Shown piece after piece: positions 43,625 through 53,142 of a DNA stretch of 64,000 nucleotides. Under the pieces are notes generated by a model. That model was not told the DNA's origin. It saw nothing but the letters and a program-made list of their open reading frames with translations, and did not search any database. The translations under genes and the position numbers were made by a program. The first letter of the stretch is position 1; every line of letters starts with the position of its first letter. Source of the DNA: a virus (Duplodnaviria; Caudoviricetes); the IMG/VR virus record IMGVR_UViG_3300034420_000109, positions 23,977-87,976 of that record; one strand, given 5' to 3'.

Positions 43625-44021
43625 GACCCAGCAGCAGATCCGGGATGCGGTGGACCACATCGCCCAGATCGCCGTGCGCGACCCGAAGACGGACCTCAAC
43701 CCGGCCAGGATCACCGAACTGGTAGACCAGATGGACGACGAGGCGCTCCAGGCCTTCGCGCTGGCCATCTTCGCCATGCACATGAGCACCAGCGCCGCCT
43801 TCCAGCGCACCGTCTACCGGGACATCCCGAACCCCCTGGACATGGCCGCCTGCGGCCTCGCCACCAGCTGCCTCGCGGAAGTCCTCAGCATCCTCGCCCT
43901 CCACCGCCCGGCCCTGTTCGACCGGGAATCCGCCGCGCGCCGGGCCAGCTTTGTCATCGGGGAGGCCCGCAGGATCAGCCTCACCACGGCCGCCGGGCAA
44001 ATCATCCTGCCGGGAGAATGA
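43611..44021 (+). CDS. Hypothetical protein
   Basis: RBS aagga; helical protein of 136 aa. Confidence 0.55.
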   Translation: MLTPETQQQIRDAVDHIAQIAVRDPKTDLNPARITELVDQMDDEALQAFALAIFAMHMSTSAAFQRTVYRDIPNPLDMAACGLATSCLAEVLSILALHRPALFDRESAARRASFVIGEARRISLTTAAGQIILPGE

Positions 44022-44024
44022 ACC

Positions 44025-44255
44025 ATGGACCCCATGGAAGAGAAGCGACGGAACGCGCTGCGCCGGAAGGTTGCGGACACCCTCCACGCACTGGCGCGGA
44101 AGATCGAGAACGGGGATATCGAGGTCGAGAGCATCAACAAAGACCAGGACCTTCAGCCCGATCCACTCAATCACCCGCACGCGCCGGTTGAACACATCCC
44201 CACGGGCAGGGAGATTCTGACCATTCACTACTTCGTGAAGCCGAGGCGCAAGTGA
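44025..44255 (+). CDS. Hypothetical protein
   Basis: In operon, same codon style as neighbours. Confidence 0.45.
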   Translation: MDPMEEKRRNALRRKVADTLHALARKIENGDIEVESINKDQDLQPDPLNHPHAPVEHIPTGREILTIHYFVKPRRK

Positions 44256-44656
44256 TCCAGCCCCGCGACCGCTACCCCAAGATGAAGCCCCGCAAGAAGC
44301 TGACGCCCCGTCAACGCAAGGCCATGGCCGCCGCCTTCGTGGACAAGGTGATGGCCGAAATTCAGGCACCCAAGACCCCCCAGCAGGAGCGGCCGTGAGC
44401 CAGCAGCGAGCACTCGATTCCATCCTCGAAGACATCAGCGCCATGCCCGAGGGCGGAGCGATGACCTACGCCGCGGCGCTCTTCGAGAAGGCCTTTGCTG
44501 TCCAGCCGACGGCGGATAGCGCCAGCCAGGGATTCACCAGTCCGACCATCCTGGCCGAGACCGGGTTCAGGATGCAGTTCCCCCAGTGGACCTGCAGCAA
44601 GAACCGTCACAACGGCCTCACCACCTACACCATCACCAAACCGCGAGGGAACCCCT

Positions 44657-45466
44657 ATGCTGCCCAGCACGGAAACCATTGACCAGGCGCTCTCCGACCT
44701 GAAGCCGCTCCCGCCCCACACCTGCCCGGACGTGGATCGGATGCTGAAGCACCTCCAGGGCGAGGAGACGGACGCGGATCGCGCCGCGGCCAAGACGGAG
44801 GACCCCGACGCCTGCTCGGCGCTCGAGAACGCCTCCGCGGCCATCAACGACGCCGCCCGGGCCCTGGACAACGAGAGGGACATCGCCGCCGCCCTGCGGG
44901 AAGGGTCCGACAGCCGGGAGAGCATCGCCAAGCTGGCGATCCAGGGGTGTGCCGACCGCGACGAGAGGATCCAGAACCTCGAGGCGGAGGCCGGAGAACT
45001 CGAAGGCCTCATCGACCTGCAGCGGAACCAGCTGGGCACGAGCCAGCGCGTCATCAACCACCTGGGGGCCCAGATCAAGGCCGCATGGTGGACGAAGATG
45101 GCGAACACCACGAAGCGCCTTTGGTGGCAGGCCCGGGCCCGCGGCATGAAGAAGCGGATCCGCCGGATGGAGTGCGCCATCCACGTTCTGCAGGACAGGA
45201 ACCTGGACCTCTACAACGCGCTGCTGCTGGCCGACGGCCTGCTTTTCGAGCAGGAGTGGGAGACCGGGCCGTTCGGAGAGCGGTGGTGCCCCAGCTGCCA
45301 CGTCACCGATGGCGGCCGGATGATCGGCGCTCCCCCGAGGCATGAGAACGGGTGCCGGGTCGGAAGGGCCTGCGAGGTCGTCCGGCTGGCCCTTCGCGGC
45401 GAGGCCCGCCACCACGGTCAGGACCCCAAGCATGTCGGGGGCGAACGCCGGGAATTTCAACTCTAG
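44657..45466 (+). CDS. Hypothetical coiled-coil protein with C-terminal Zn motif
   Basis: HTCPDVD near the N-terminus; WCPSCH...HENGC at the C-terminus. Confidence 0.55.
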   Translation: MLPSTETIDQALSDLKPLPPHTCPDVDRMLKHLQGEETDADRAAAKTEDPDACSALENASAAINDAARALDNERDIAAALREGSDSRESIAKLAIQGCADRDERIQNLEAEAGELEGLIDLQRNQLGTSQRVINHLGAQIKAAWWTKMANTTKRLWWQARARGMKKRIRRMECAIHVLQDRNLDLYNALLLADGLLFEQEWETGPFGERWCPSCHVTDGGRMIGAPPRHENGCRVGRACEVVRLALRGEARHHGQDPKHVGGERREFQL

Positions 45467-45523
45467 ACCTTGTGGCGTATGACGGGGAGCCACACCCGGC
45501 GCAGAATAGAGCAGGAGGTCACC

Positions 45524-45931
45524 ATGGGCTCCAGCATCACCGACCAGCCGCTCGAGACTGACGCCAGCACCCTCCTGGCCGCCCTGCTTGCTCACCCCAG
45601 CTTCATCCTTGCCCTCCGGGAGCGCCGGAGGCAGGTCGAGGAGCTGGGGTTCTCGGCCACATTCGACGCCACCAGGCAGGACCGGATGCAGCTTTCGAGG
45701 GGGGCCGCGTGCTTCTTGAAGCAGGCGATCCTCCTCAACACCCAAGGGGCCGGGGCGGCGCCAGGGCGGCCCTTCACGGAATGGCCCTGGGCCCCGGAGA
45801 CCTGGAACCCACCGCACACGGCCGAGGGCGCCCTGGTCAAGGCCATGGCCCTTCTTTCCGCGGAGCTTGACCGGATCCGCCTGGGAAAGAGCCACGAGGA
45901 CGCGGCTTCGAGGGTTGACCTTCGGCTCTGA
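45524..45931 (+). CDS. Hypothetical protein of a common phage family (WPW motif)
   Basis: ERRRQVEELGFSATFD...LSRGAACF...WPWAPETWNP...LVKAMALL.AELDR. Confidence 0.6.
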   Translation: MGSSITDQPLETDASTLLAALLAHPSFILALRERRRQVEELGFSATFDATRQDRMQLSRGAACFLKQAILLNTQGAGAAPGRPFTEWPWAPETWNPPHTAEGALVKAMALLSAELDRIRLGKSHEDAASRVDLRL

Positions 45932-45944
45932 TTGCCCATTATGG
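45915..45944 (+). promoter_or_regulatory. Promoter TTGACC-N16-CATTAT-GG
   Basis: 45915-45920 and 45937-45942; third copy of the same layout. Confidence 0.6.
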
Positions 45945-45991
45945 AAGTTCACCGCCCCGCCGGGGCACCACCCGCACAGGAGATAGCCACC

Positions 45992-47413
45992 ATGACACCC
46001 ACCCCTGCACCGCTGCGCGTTGTCGGCCTTCAGGTCGAGAATTTCAAGCGCATCCAGGCCATCCAGATCATCCCCAAGGGGGACCTGGTTCAGATCACCG
46101 GGCGGAACGCCCAGGGCAAGACCAGCGCCATCGACGCCCTCTGGGTGACCCTCGGCGGGGGCAAGCTGATCCCCGGCAAGCCGATCCGCGAGGGCTCGAA
46201 GGAGTGCCGGATCCGCGTGGCCCTCGGGAACACCGAGGCCGAGATCATCGCCACCCGGACCTTCAAGACCAAGGGCACCGAGACGGTGTCCGAACTCACG
46301 CTCGAGAGCGCCGAGGGCGCCCGGTTCAAGGGGCCCCAGGGCATGCTCGACGCGATGATGGGATCCATCACCTTCGACCCCCTCGCCTTCACCCGCATGG
46401 ACAAGCGGCGGCAGGCGGAGGAACTCCGGGCCATCGCCAAGATCGAGGTGGACCTGGACCGGCTGGACGGCCTGAACCTCCGGGACTTCGAGACCCGGGC
46501 CAACCTGAACAAGCAGGCGGCCCAGGCGCGCGCGGCCGGAGAGGCCATCCCCATGCAGACCCCACCCGCCCCGGTGGACCTCAGCACCCTCCTGGCGCGC
46601 ATGGAGGGCATCACCGCCCAGACCGTGGCCCGGGGGAACGCCGAGCGGGAGCAGGACAAGCGCCGCCGCCAGCTGGACGACCAGAGCATCCGGTGGAGTG
46701 ACCTCGGGGATGCCATCGCCCAGAAAGAGCGGGAACTCGATGCCATGCGCCAGGAGCGCGCGGCCGTGAAGGCCTGGGTGGACCAGGAGGCGGTGGCCAT
46801 CATGCAGATGGAGCCCCTGCCCGAGGTCGAGGACGCCACGGCCCTGCGGGAGCAGATCGCCAGGGCCCAGGAGCAGAACCGCCAGGCGGACCTCATCGCC
46901 CAGCAGCAGGCCAAGCGCGACGAGCACCTGGACCGCGCGCGGGAACTCGAGGGCGAAGCCGCCGGGCTGACCGAGGCCATGGAGGCCCGGAAGAAGGTGA
47001 AGGCCGAGGCCATCGCTGCCGCGGAGATGCCGGTCCCTGGCCTGGGCCTGCAGGACGGCGTGGTCACCTACAACGGGATCCCCTTCGATCAGGCCTCCGG
47101 CGCCGAGCAGCTGAAGGTGAGCACGGCCATCGCCATGGCGGCCAACCCGCGGATCCGGGTGATCCGCATCGCGGACGGCAGCCTCCTGGACGACGATAGC
47201 CTCGCCATGCTGGCGGAGATGGCCCACGAGAAGGATTACCAGATCTGGATCGAGATGGTGGACAGCACCGGCAAGGTGGGCGTCCACATCGAGGACGGGA
47301 TGGTGAAGATGGACAACCAGCCGAACACGGAGCCCACCGCCACCAAGGCCGAGACCCAGGGCCTGGACTTCGGGGGTGAGTCCGCGGCCGGTGCCGAAGC
47401 CGGTGTGGACTGA
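45992..47413 (+). CDS. SMC/Rad50/RecN-like ABC ATPase
   Basis: VENFKRI...TGRNAQGKTS (Walker A), long coiled coil, ASGAEQ signature, IRIADGSLLD. Confidence 0.85.
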   Translation: MTPTPAPLRVVGLQVENFKRIQAIQIIPKGDLVQITGRNAQGKTSAIDALWVTLGGGKLIPGKPIREGSKECRIRVALGNTEAEIIATRTFKTKGTETVSELTLESAEGARFKGPQGMLDAMMGSITFDPLAFTRMDKRRQAEELRAIAKIEVDLDRLDGLNLRDFETRANLNKQAAQARAAGEAIPMQTPPAPVDLSTLLARMEGITAQTVARGNAEREQDKRRRQLDDQSIRWSDLGDAIAQKERELDAMRQERAAVKAWVDQEAVAIMQMEPLPEVEDATALREQIARAQEQNRQADLIAQQQAKRDEHLDRARELEGEAAGLTEAMEARKKVKAEAIAAAEMPVPGLGLQDGVVTYNGIPFDQASGAEQLKVSTAIAMAANPRIRVIRIADGSLLDDDSLAMLAEMAHEKDYQIWIEMVDSTGKVGVHIEDGMVKMDNQPNTEPTATKAETQGLDFGGESAAGAEAGVD

Positions 47414-47646
47414 ACCATGCAGGTGCGTAAACCAACCACGCGCCTGACGGACATCGGGAGGCTGGACGCCACGCTCCGCCTCCCGACCGCCGGGCGGATT
47501 CAGAAGGGGATGAAGACCACCTGCGCGCGCTGCGGGAAGGCCATCACCGACCCCACCTTCATCGCCGGTTTCAAGGCCGGGCACCACAACCTGATGCTGC
47601 ACGAGGCATGCATGCCCGCCGATGAACCCCAGCCTCCGGAGTGGCC

Positions 47647-48006
47647 ATGAGCCTGAACACCCTGAACGAACTTCAGAATCAAGCGACGGCCCTGCGCCGG
47701 ACCAGCGAGAAGCTCGAGGGATACGCCAAGGTCGTGGCCAAGAAGCGAGACTGGGCCATCCACAACTCGAGGCCGCTCCACGACGTCTTCCAGGTCAAGA
47801 CCAGCGGGGACGACTGGAACTACCACCGGCCCCAGACCGAGGCCATCGAGACCGAGTTCCAGAAGGCCATCGCGCCCTTCGAGGACCACATCCTGGCGAT
47901 CATGGAAATCAACTTCCGCACCGAGGCCAAGAAGGCCATGATGCGAGCAGAGGCCATCGAAGCCCGCATCGCCGCCTCCATCACCCTTCCCGAGCCGCTG
48001 CCATGA
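47647..48006 (+). CDS. Hypothetical coiled-coil protein
   Basis: ATGA-coupled in operon. Confidence 0.5.
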   Translation: MSLNTLNELQNQATALRRTSEKLEGYAKVVAKKRDWAIHNSRPLHDVFQVKTSGDDWNYHRPQTEAIETEFQKAIAPFEDHILAIMEINFRTEAKKAMMRAEAIEARIAASITLPEPLP

Positions 48007-48319
48007 GTCACGCCGACGAATTCCCCGAGCACAGCCGCACCAGCTGCAGCGACCAGGATCCATGCAACGCGGACCCCCAAGGCCACGGGTGCTGGCGGTG
48101 CAACGCGCTCCTCTTCGACCGGCACGACAAGCTGCTCGCGGACGCGGTGGCGCACCTGGAGCGGGCGGAGAAGTGGAAGGCCATCGCCATCAACCTGCAC
48201 GATCACCGCGATTTCGTCCGCAACCTGGATCGAGCCGGGCTCGAGGAGGCCATCCGGGCCACCGAGCGGTTCAGCCCACGCCTCGCCGCCCTCTACACGG
48301 CCATGCTTCAGGAGCACCC

Positions 48320-48706
48320 ATGACCACGAAAGAGAGCGCCGAACGCACCCTCGACCTCCTCCGCACCATCCTCACCTACTACAGCGGCCCGAACGGTCGG
48401 CAGGTGGGGCACACCAGCGCGGTCCTGAACGGGGCCCGGAATTCCAGGGACAGCGTGGTCATCGTCCACAACGACCGGATGGCGAACGTCATCCACAAGC
48501 TGACGGAGGGCAAGACCCGGTGCATCCGCCTCCTCGAGTTCGAGGAAGGGATCAAGGGGCACACGGCGCCAGTCCTCTGGGACAACGCGGCCCTCTTCGT
48601 CCTTTTCGAGCGGTGCGCCCACATCATCGGCGACCTGCTAGAAGAGGCGGCCGAGCCCAAGGTCGGCATCATCCACGATGCAGCGCACAGGAAGGAAGGC
48701 GAGTGA
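48320..48706 (+). CDS. Hypothetical protein
   Basis: RBS ggag; RQVGHTSAVLNGA P-loop-like segment. Confidence 0.5.
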   Translation: MTTKESAERTLDLLRTILTYYSGPNGRQVGHTSAVLNGARNSRDSVVIVHNDRMANVIHKLTEGKTRCIRLLEFEEGIKGHTAPVLWDNAALFVLFERCAHIIGDLLEEAAEPKVGIIHDAAHRKEGE

Positions 48707-48769
48707 TGGCCGAGACCACACTGATTGCTTTCATCACAAGTGACGAGCATAGTGTGGTCGGAGGCATCG

Positions 48770-49258
48770 ATGACCAATCGAAGAAAGATGTCCTGGGCAG
48801 AGAAGGGGCCATGCAAACCAAAGCCGTGTCGAGTTTGTGGAGAGACCTTCACGCCACAGAGCGGAGGCAACTTCTACTGCGGCATGGAATGCAGGTTGAA
48901 GGCCCAAAGGGAAAGCCACCGTCTAGCCGTCGCCGAACAACGAAGAACCAAGAAGGACCACTACAGAAAGACCAAGGCCGAATGGGATCTCCTGCAATAC
49001 AGCATCACCCCAGAGGAATACAAACGGATGCTCGACAAACAGAATGGCCTTTGTGCCATCTGCGGAAGCGAGGGGAAGGGTGGCCGGGGGATAACCAGGA
49101 AGCTCGTCGTTGATCACTGCCATGAGACCGGCACGATTCGTGGGCTCCTATGCGCCAATTGCAACACCGGCATCGGCCTCTTGAAAGAGAACAAATCCAC
49201 CCTGGCGGCAGCCATTCATTACATCGAGGAGAGCAAGAATGGACCACGATCCAATTAA
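48770..49258 (+). mobile_element. Recombination-endonuclease-VII-family HNH endonuclease
   Basis: YSITPEEYKRMLDKQNGLCAIC...LVVDHCHETGTIRGLLCANCNTGIG; visibly lower GC; RBS ggagg. Confidence 0.9.
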
Positions 49259-50060
49259 CCACCCCGAGCATTACTGCCACAGCGACAAGATGGAGTGCAT
49301 CGACGCCATCGCGGCGGCCCTGGGGCCCGAAGGGTTCCAGGCCTACTGCCGGGGCACGATCATCAAATACAGCTGGCGGATCGAGCACAAGGGCGCGGGG
49401 AGCCAGGACCTCGGGAAGATCGGATGGTATGCCGACAAGGCCATCGCGGCGCGGAAGACCTTCACTCCGCCGCCCAAGGGGATCCAGGTCGAGATGGGGC
49501 CCTACGAAGTGGCGATGTTTGCCATGGGCAGCCTCCAGGCCCTCGAGCGCATGGTCACGGTCGAAGGGAAGCCCCTCACGAACGGAGGGCAGGCGAAGAT
49601 CCTGCAGGCCTTCGCGGTGGCCCAGCGCCTCGTCCACAACCCCAAGGTCATGGCGCCGCTGCCGGTGATGCCTCCGGGGAACCGGACGAGCCTGGAACCT
49701 CCCCTCTGGGGGATGACGGGCACGGAATTCGAGGAGGTCATGACGGGCATCGAAGCCCTGCGCCGGGCAGCCAAGATCGGCGACGACGTGACGCGGGCCG
49801 GGGTTCTCTTTCAGGCGGTCAGCCTCCTGGGCCTGCGGGCCATGGGGGACGCACTCACCAGGAGCGGGTTCGTCAAGCCGCCAGCGGCCACGGAGGAGCC
49901 CATCCACCGGAGCCTCGTGAACGTCGCCCACGAAGTGAGCCGGATCGCCCACGACACCAAGGGGCAGGCCTTCGAGGCGGACAGCACCGAGGGCCTCGCC
50001 ATTCACAGCCTTTACCAGAACGCGGCCGTGCTGGCCGAGCAGGTGCGCCCATGCCGGTGA
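49239..50060 (+). CDS. DUF3310 (T7 gp1.7/SaV-like) domain fused to an unknown C-terminal region
   Basis: DPINHPEHY...ECIDAI...GTIIKYSWR...KG..QDLGKIGWY. Confidence 0.75.
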   Translation: MDHDPINHPEHYCHSDKMECIDAIAAALGPEGFQAYCRGTIIKYSWRIEHKGAGSQDLGKIGWYADKAIAARKTFTPPPKGIQVEMGPYEVAMFAMGSLQALERMVTVEGKPLTNGGQAKILQAFAVAQRLVHNPKVMAPLPVMPPGNRTSLEPPLWGMTGTEFEEVMTGIEALRRAAKIGDDVTRAGVLFQAVSLLGLRAMGDALTRSGFVKPPAATEEPIHRSLVNVAHEVSRIAHDTKGQAFEADSTEGLAIHSLYQNAAVLAEQVRPCR

Positions 50061-50299
50061 TCCGCCCCAACGCCGTCGCCATGAAAGCAGACGAGAAGCG
50101 CGACCGCATCCTCAGCTGCCTGCGAGAGACCCGGTGCCCGATGACGGCCCTCCAGATCCGGGAGCGCCTGATCGACACCCAACACGCCAACATCACCGAG
50201 AAGGAGGTCGAGCGCCAGCTGCGGATCCTCCACACGGCCGGGAAGGTGGATCACCCCACCCCGGACAACACGGTCCAGTTCCGGGCGGTGGGACGATGA
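50051..50299 (+). CDS. Small winged-HTH protein
   Basis: RDRILSCLRE...MTALQIRERL...VERQLRILHTAGKV. Confidence 0.55.
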   Translation: MPVIRPNAVAMKADEKRDRILSCLRETRCPMTALQIRERLIDTQHANITEKEVERQLRILHTAGKVDHPTPDNTVQFRAVGR

Positions 50300-50504
50300 G
50301 CCGGGCCGGGCAAGGCCTCCTCCTGGTCGGCGCCCTGCTGGCCTCCCTTCCCCCGCTTCCAGAAGGGTGCCCCATCCTCGAGGCGCTTCCTCCAGAGCCG
50401 CCGAAGTTGCCCCAGGAGCCCGAGGAAGGGGCCCAGGTGCCGCGCAACCGCCACCAGCGCAGGAAGGCAGCGGCCAGAGCGCGTCGGGCCAACAGGGGGC
50501 TGCG

Positions 50505-50978
50505 ATGAGCCGGGACTACTACCTCGGGTGCGCCGAATGCCGCCGCAGGGTCCCGCTGGGGCATTGGGGATCGTTCACGCCTCGGTTGGGGATCGGGATG
50601 TATGCCGCCGCCAGGGTCCTGGCCTTCATCACCGACCACCAGGGGTGCGAGGGCGGGGTGGTGGCCGCTGACGACAGCCAGGACTGGAAGCACGAGGACC
50701 CATCGAAGTGGCCGGAGGACCACGGAGAGCCCACGGTGCGCGCGGCCAGGGAGGCCCTCAACCGGCCCGCCACGCCACCGCCCAGCCTTGAGGAACGCGT
50801 CCAGGCCATGGGCCTGCCTGTCCCAACCAGAGGGGAGAAGGTGGCCATCTTCGCGGAGACAAGGAAGGCCCAGGCCGACGCTTACCGGGTGACAGAAGGG
50901 TTCGAACGCACCGCGGACTTGCTCGAACCCCTCCGGGACCCCACCCTCGAACCACTGCAGCGCCCCCAGGAGCCCTGA
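50505..50978 (+). CDS. Hypothetical protein with Zn motif
   Basis: YLGCAEC...FITDHQGC. Confidence 0.5.
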   Translation: MSRDYYLGCAECRRRVPLGHWGSFTPRLGIGMYAAARVLAFITDHQGCEGGVVAADDSQDWKHEDPSKWPEDHGEPTVRAAREALNRPATPPPSLEERVQAMGLPVPTRGEKVAIFAETRKAQADAYRVTEGFERTADLLEPLRDPTLEPLQRPQEP

Positions 50979-51282
50979 TGGACCCCGAGCGGGACAAGCG
51001 CCTCCTCCTGGCCTTCATGGCGAACCCCAACCCACCACCCAAGGAACCAACGATGACCCAGGCCCGAGCCATCCCCATGCACCCCGACCTTCCGCACCTG
51101 ACCCACCTCGGCTACTTCCTGATCGCAGGAGGCCAGCCGCGCGGCCGGACGGTTCTGGTCCAGCAGCCGAAGCCGTCACCGACGGTGGAGAACGCCGCGG
51201 CGGTCATCCAGGCCATCATCGACGGCCGCAAGCAGAAGGCCATGGCTGCGAACGCATAGCCAGCGCACAGCGAACGCAGGGG

Positions 51283-51308
51283 AGCGGGCCGCGCGCCCGC
51301 TTTTCTGT
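51283..51308 (+). terminator. Rho-independent terminator ending the plus-strand early operon
   Basis: AGCGGGC-CGCGC-GCCCGCT followed by TTTCTGT. Confidence 0.75.
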
Positions 51309-51341
51309 ATCGCAACCCGGCGGGACATGTAACCATTCCCC

Positions 51342-51656
51342 ATGGACGCGCTGCGGAACGTCACCGGCCTGGAGGGCCCCGAAGCCTACGCCACCACGGC
51401 GGCCATGGCCCTCGAGCACCTGGGGAACCTCTTCGCCTTCCTGGACACGCGCCTGGGCGAACTGGCGATCTTCGACCCCGAGGCCAGGGTGCAGGAGGCC
51501 ACCGTCCGGGAGGCCATCAGGGTGGGGGCGCTCGTCTGCCAGATGATGGCGACCGAGGGCCCCAAGCACGGCGCAGACCCCGCGGAGATGCGGGAGATTT
51601 GGGACGCCCTGGTGACCGAGGCGGTGCTGCGGTCCAGCCGGAAGGGCGAAGGCTAG
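51342..51656 (+). CDS. Hypothetical protein
   Basis: 104 aa helical ORF; its stop overlaps the MuF stop (CTAG). Confidence 0.55.
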   Translation: MDALRNVTGLEGPEAYATTAAMALEHLGNLFAFLDTRLGELAIFDPEARVQEATVREAIRVGALVCQMMATEGPKHGADPAEMREIWDALVTEAVLRSSRKGEG

Positions 51657-52780
51657 ACCCCGGCGAGGGCGGCCTGGAACTTCGCGGCGCGGATCGCTGC
51701 CAGCTGCTCGGCGGCGCGCTTGGCGGCGGAGGAGACCAGCGCCCGACGCATGGTCCAGACGCAGGCGCAGTTCGGGTGGGCGGGCAGGCAGGGCCACCAC
51801 ATCTCGTCCGGCCCCCGGCGGGAGCCATCCCGGCGCGTGGGGTGAGCAGAGCGGCCGACGTTGTGCTTCCCGGGCCAGACCATCGTGCGGCCGTCCAGCA
51901 CCGGGGCATCCGCGGGGACGACCTTCAGCACCGTGCCGTTGTGCCCGCGGCAGAAGGGACAGGCTTTGGGCCCGGCCACCCAGACCGCCTCCCACTGGCC
52001 ACCGCTGTCGAGGGCTGCCTGCAGCTGCCCCGAAGAGACGGCCATGCCGGTCTCGGTGATGGCGATCCGACGCCAGTCCCGGTTCAGGTTCCCCAGGCGC
52101 TCCAGCAGCACCCGGGAGAGTTCGTGGTGGTTCCCGCCGCCCATCTGCGATTCCACCAGGGCCTCGAGGATGGAGGAGCGGGCCGAGGTGGTCATCCGGG
52201 TCACAAACTGGGCACCGCGGACCTGGGCCCACTCGACCTGCTTCTGCTGGGCCGGGGGGAGGACGTGGAAGAGGCGATCCCAGGCGCCGGGGGTGGTGAC
52301 GGCATGCACCCGCTGGCCGATCTGGTCCAGCAGGGAGGAGCGGAGAGCCCACATGGCGGCCTGGGACTGGGCAGTCTGGGCCGGGAGGAGGGTGCGGGTG
52401 AACCCATCCACCAGGGTTTCCCAGGTGGCCAGGCGCTCAGCCGCGGGGGCCGGTGACTGGAACAGGGCCATGACCTCACCCCAGCCAGGCGGGCGGGGAG
52501 CGTCGGCCTTGGTGACGAAGGGGGAGGGCTTCTCGACCCCGAGCACGGCGCCGAGCATGTCCCGCAGGAACCGATGCCCCAGCCCGAACAGCTGGTCCTC
52601 AATCCAGGCCTGGTTGGGATCCGGGTGCTTGCCCCACAGGGACCGCTCGACCTCGATATCCCCGGCCGTGGGGGGGCGCCTGATGATCCGCATCGGGCGC
52701 TCTGCCTTCAGAACGACCTCGCCCGCCGGTTCAGCACGGCGGGCGGTGGCGCGGAGGATTCGGGGATCGGGGGTGGTCAT
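51653..52780 (-). CDS. Head morphogenesis protein (MuF/SPP1 gp7-like)
   Basis: RDWRRIAITETG; ACPFC; PAHPNCACVW. Confidence 0.85.
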   Translation of the reverse strand: MTTPDPRILRATARRAEPAGEVVLKAERPMRIIRRPPTAGDIEVERSLWGKHPDPNQAWIEDQLFGLGHRFLRDMLGAVLGVEKPSPFVTKADAPRPPGWGEVMALFQSPAPAAERLATWETLVDGFTRTLLPAQTAQSQAAMWALRSSLLDQIGQRVHAVTTPGAWDRLFHVLPPAQQKQVEWAQVRGAQFVTRMTTSARSSILEALVESQMGGGNHHELSRVLLERLGNLNRDWRRIAITETGMAVSSGQLQAALDSGGQWEAVWVAGPKACPFCRGHNGTVLKVVPADAPVLDGRTMVWPGKHNVGRSAHPTRRDGSRRGPDEMWWPCLPAHPNCACVWTMRRALVSSAAKRAAEQLAAIRAAKFQAALAGV

Positions 52781-53142
52781 ACGGACTCGAAGACGCCGGA
52801 GGTCAGGAACCCGTGCCACCGGCAGGGCGTGACTGTCGCCAGGGAGGGACGGAGGGTGGGGGCCTCCAGGTTCCCGTCCCAGGCCCAGCAGGGGCCCAGG
52901 GAGGGATCGGGCGGGGGATCAGAGGGCCCCTGGATCTTGACGTTGTGGACCACCATGCAGCCGCACGGGCAAGCGAAGGTGAACCGGCGCTCACCGAAGG
53001 CGAACTCCCCGACAGCGAAGGCGCCGCGGGGAGTCCAGGGATCCAGCAGCACGAGGGCACGGTCACCGCCAGGGAGTTCCCGCACCTTGCCGGGAAGGGC
53101 ATCCCGGCGCACGGCGTGGACCTTCGGCGGGCCGGGCATCAC
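52777..53142 (-). CDS. DUF6527-like small Cys/His protein
   Basis: FACPCGC...WAWDGNLEAPTLRPSL...CRWHGFLTSG; coupled to both neighbours. Confidence 0.55.
   Translation of the reverse strand: MMPGPPKVHAVRRDALPGKVRELPGGDRALVLLDPWTPRGAFAVGEFAFGERRFTFACPCGCMVVHNVKIQGPSDPPPDPSLGPCWAWDGNLEAPTLRPSLATVTPCRWHGFLTSGVFESV

Noticed and set aside
44633-47602. 989-aa minus-strand ORF and other long antisense ORFs (20642-23038, 15266-17203, 24386-26056, 10096-11715)
   Set aside because: They are shadow frames of GC-rich genes on the other strand, with G/L/V/R-biased sequence, no motifs and no RBS.
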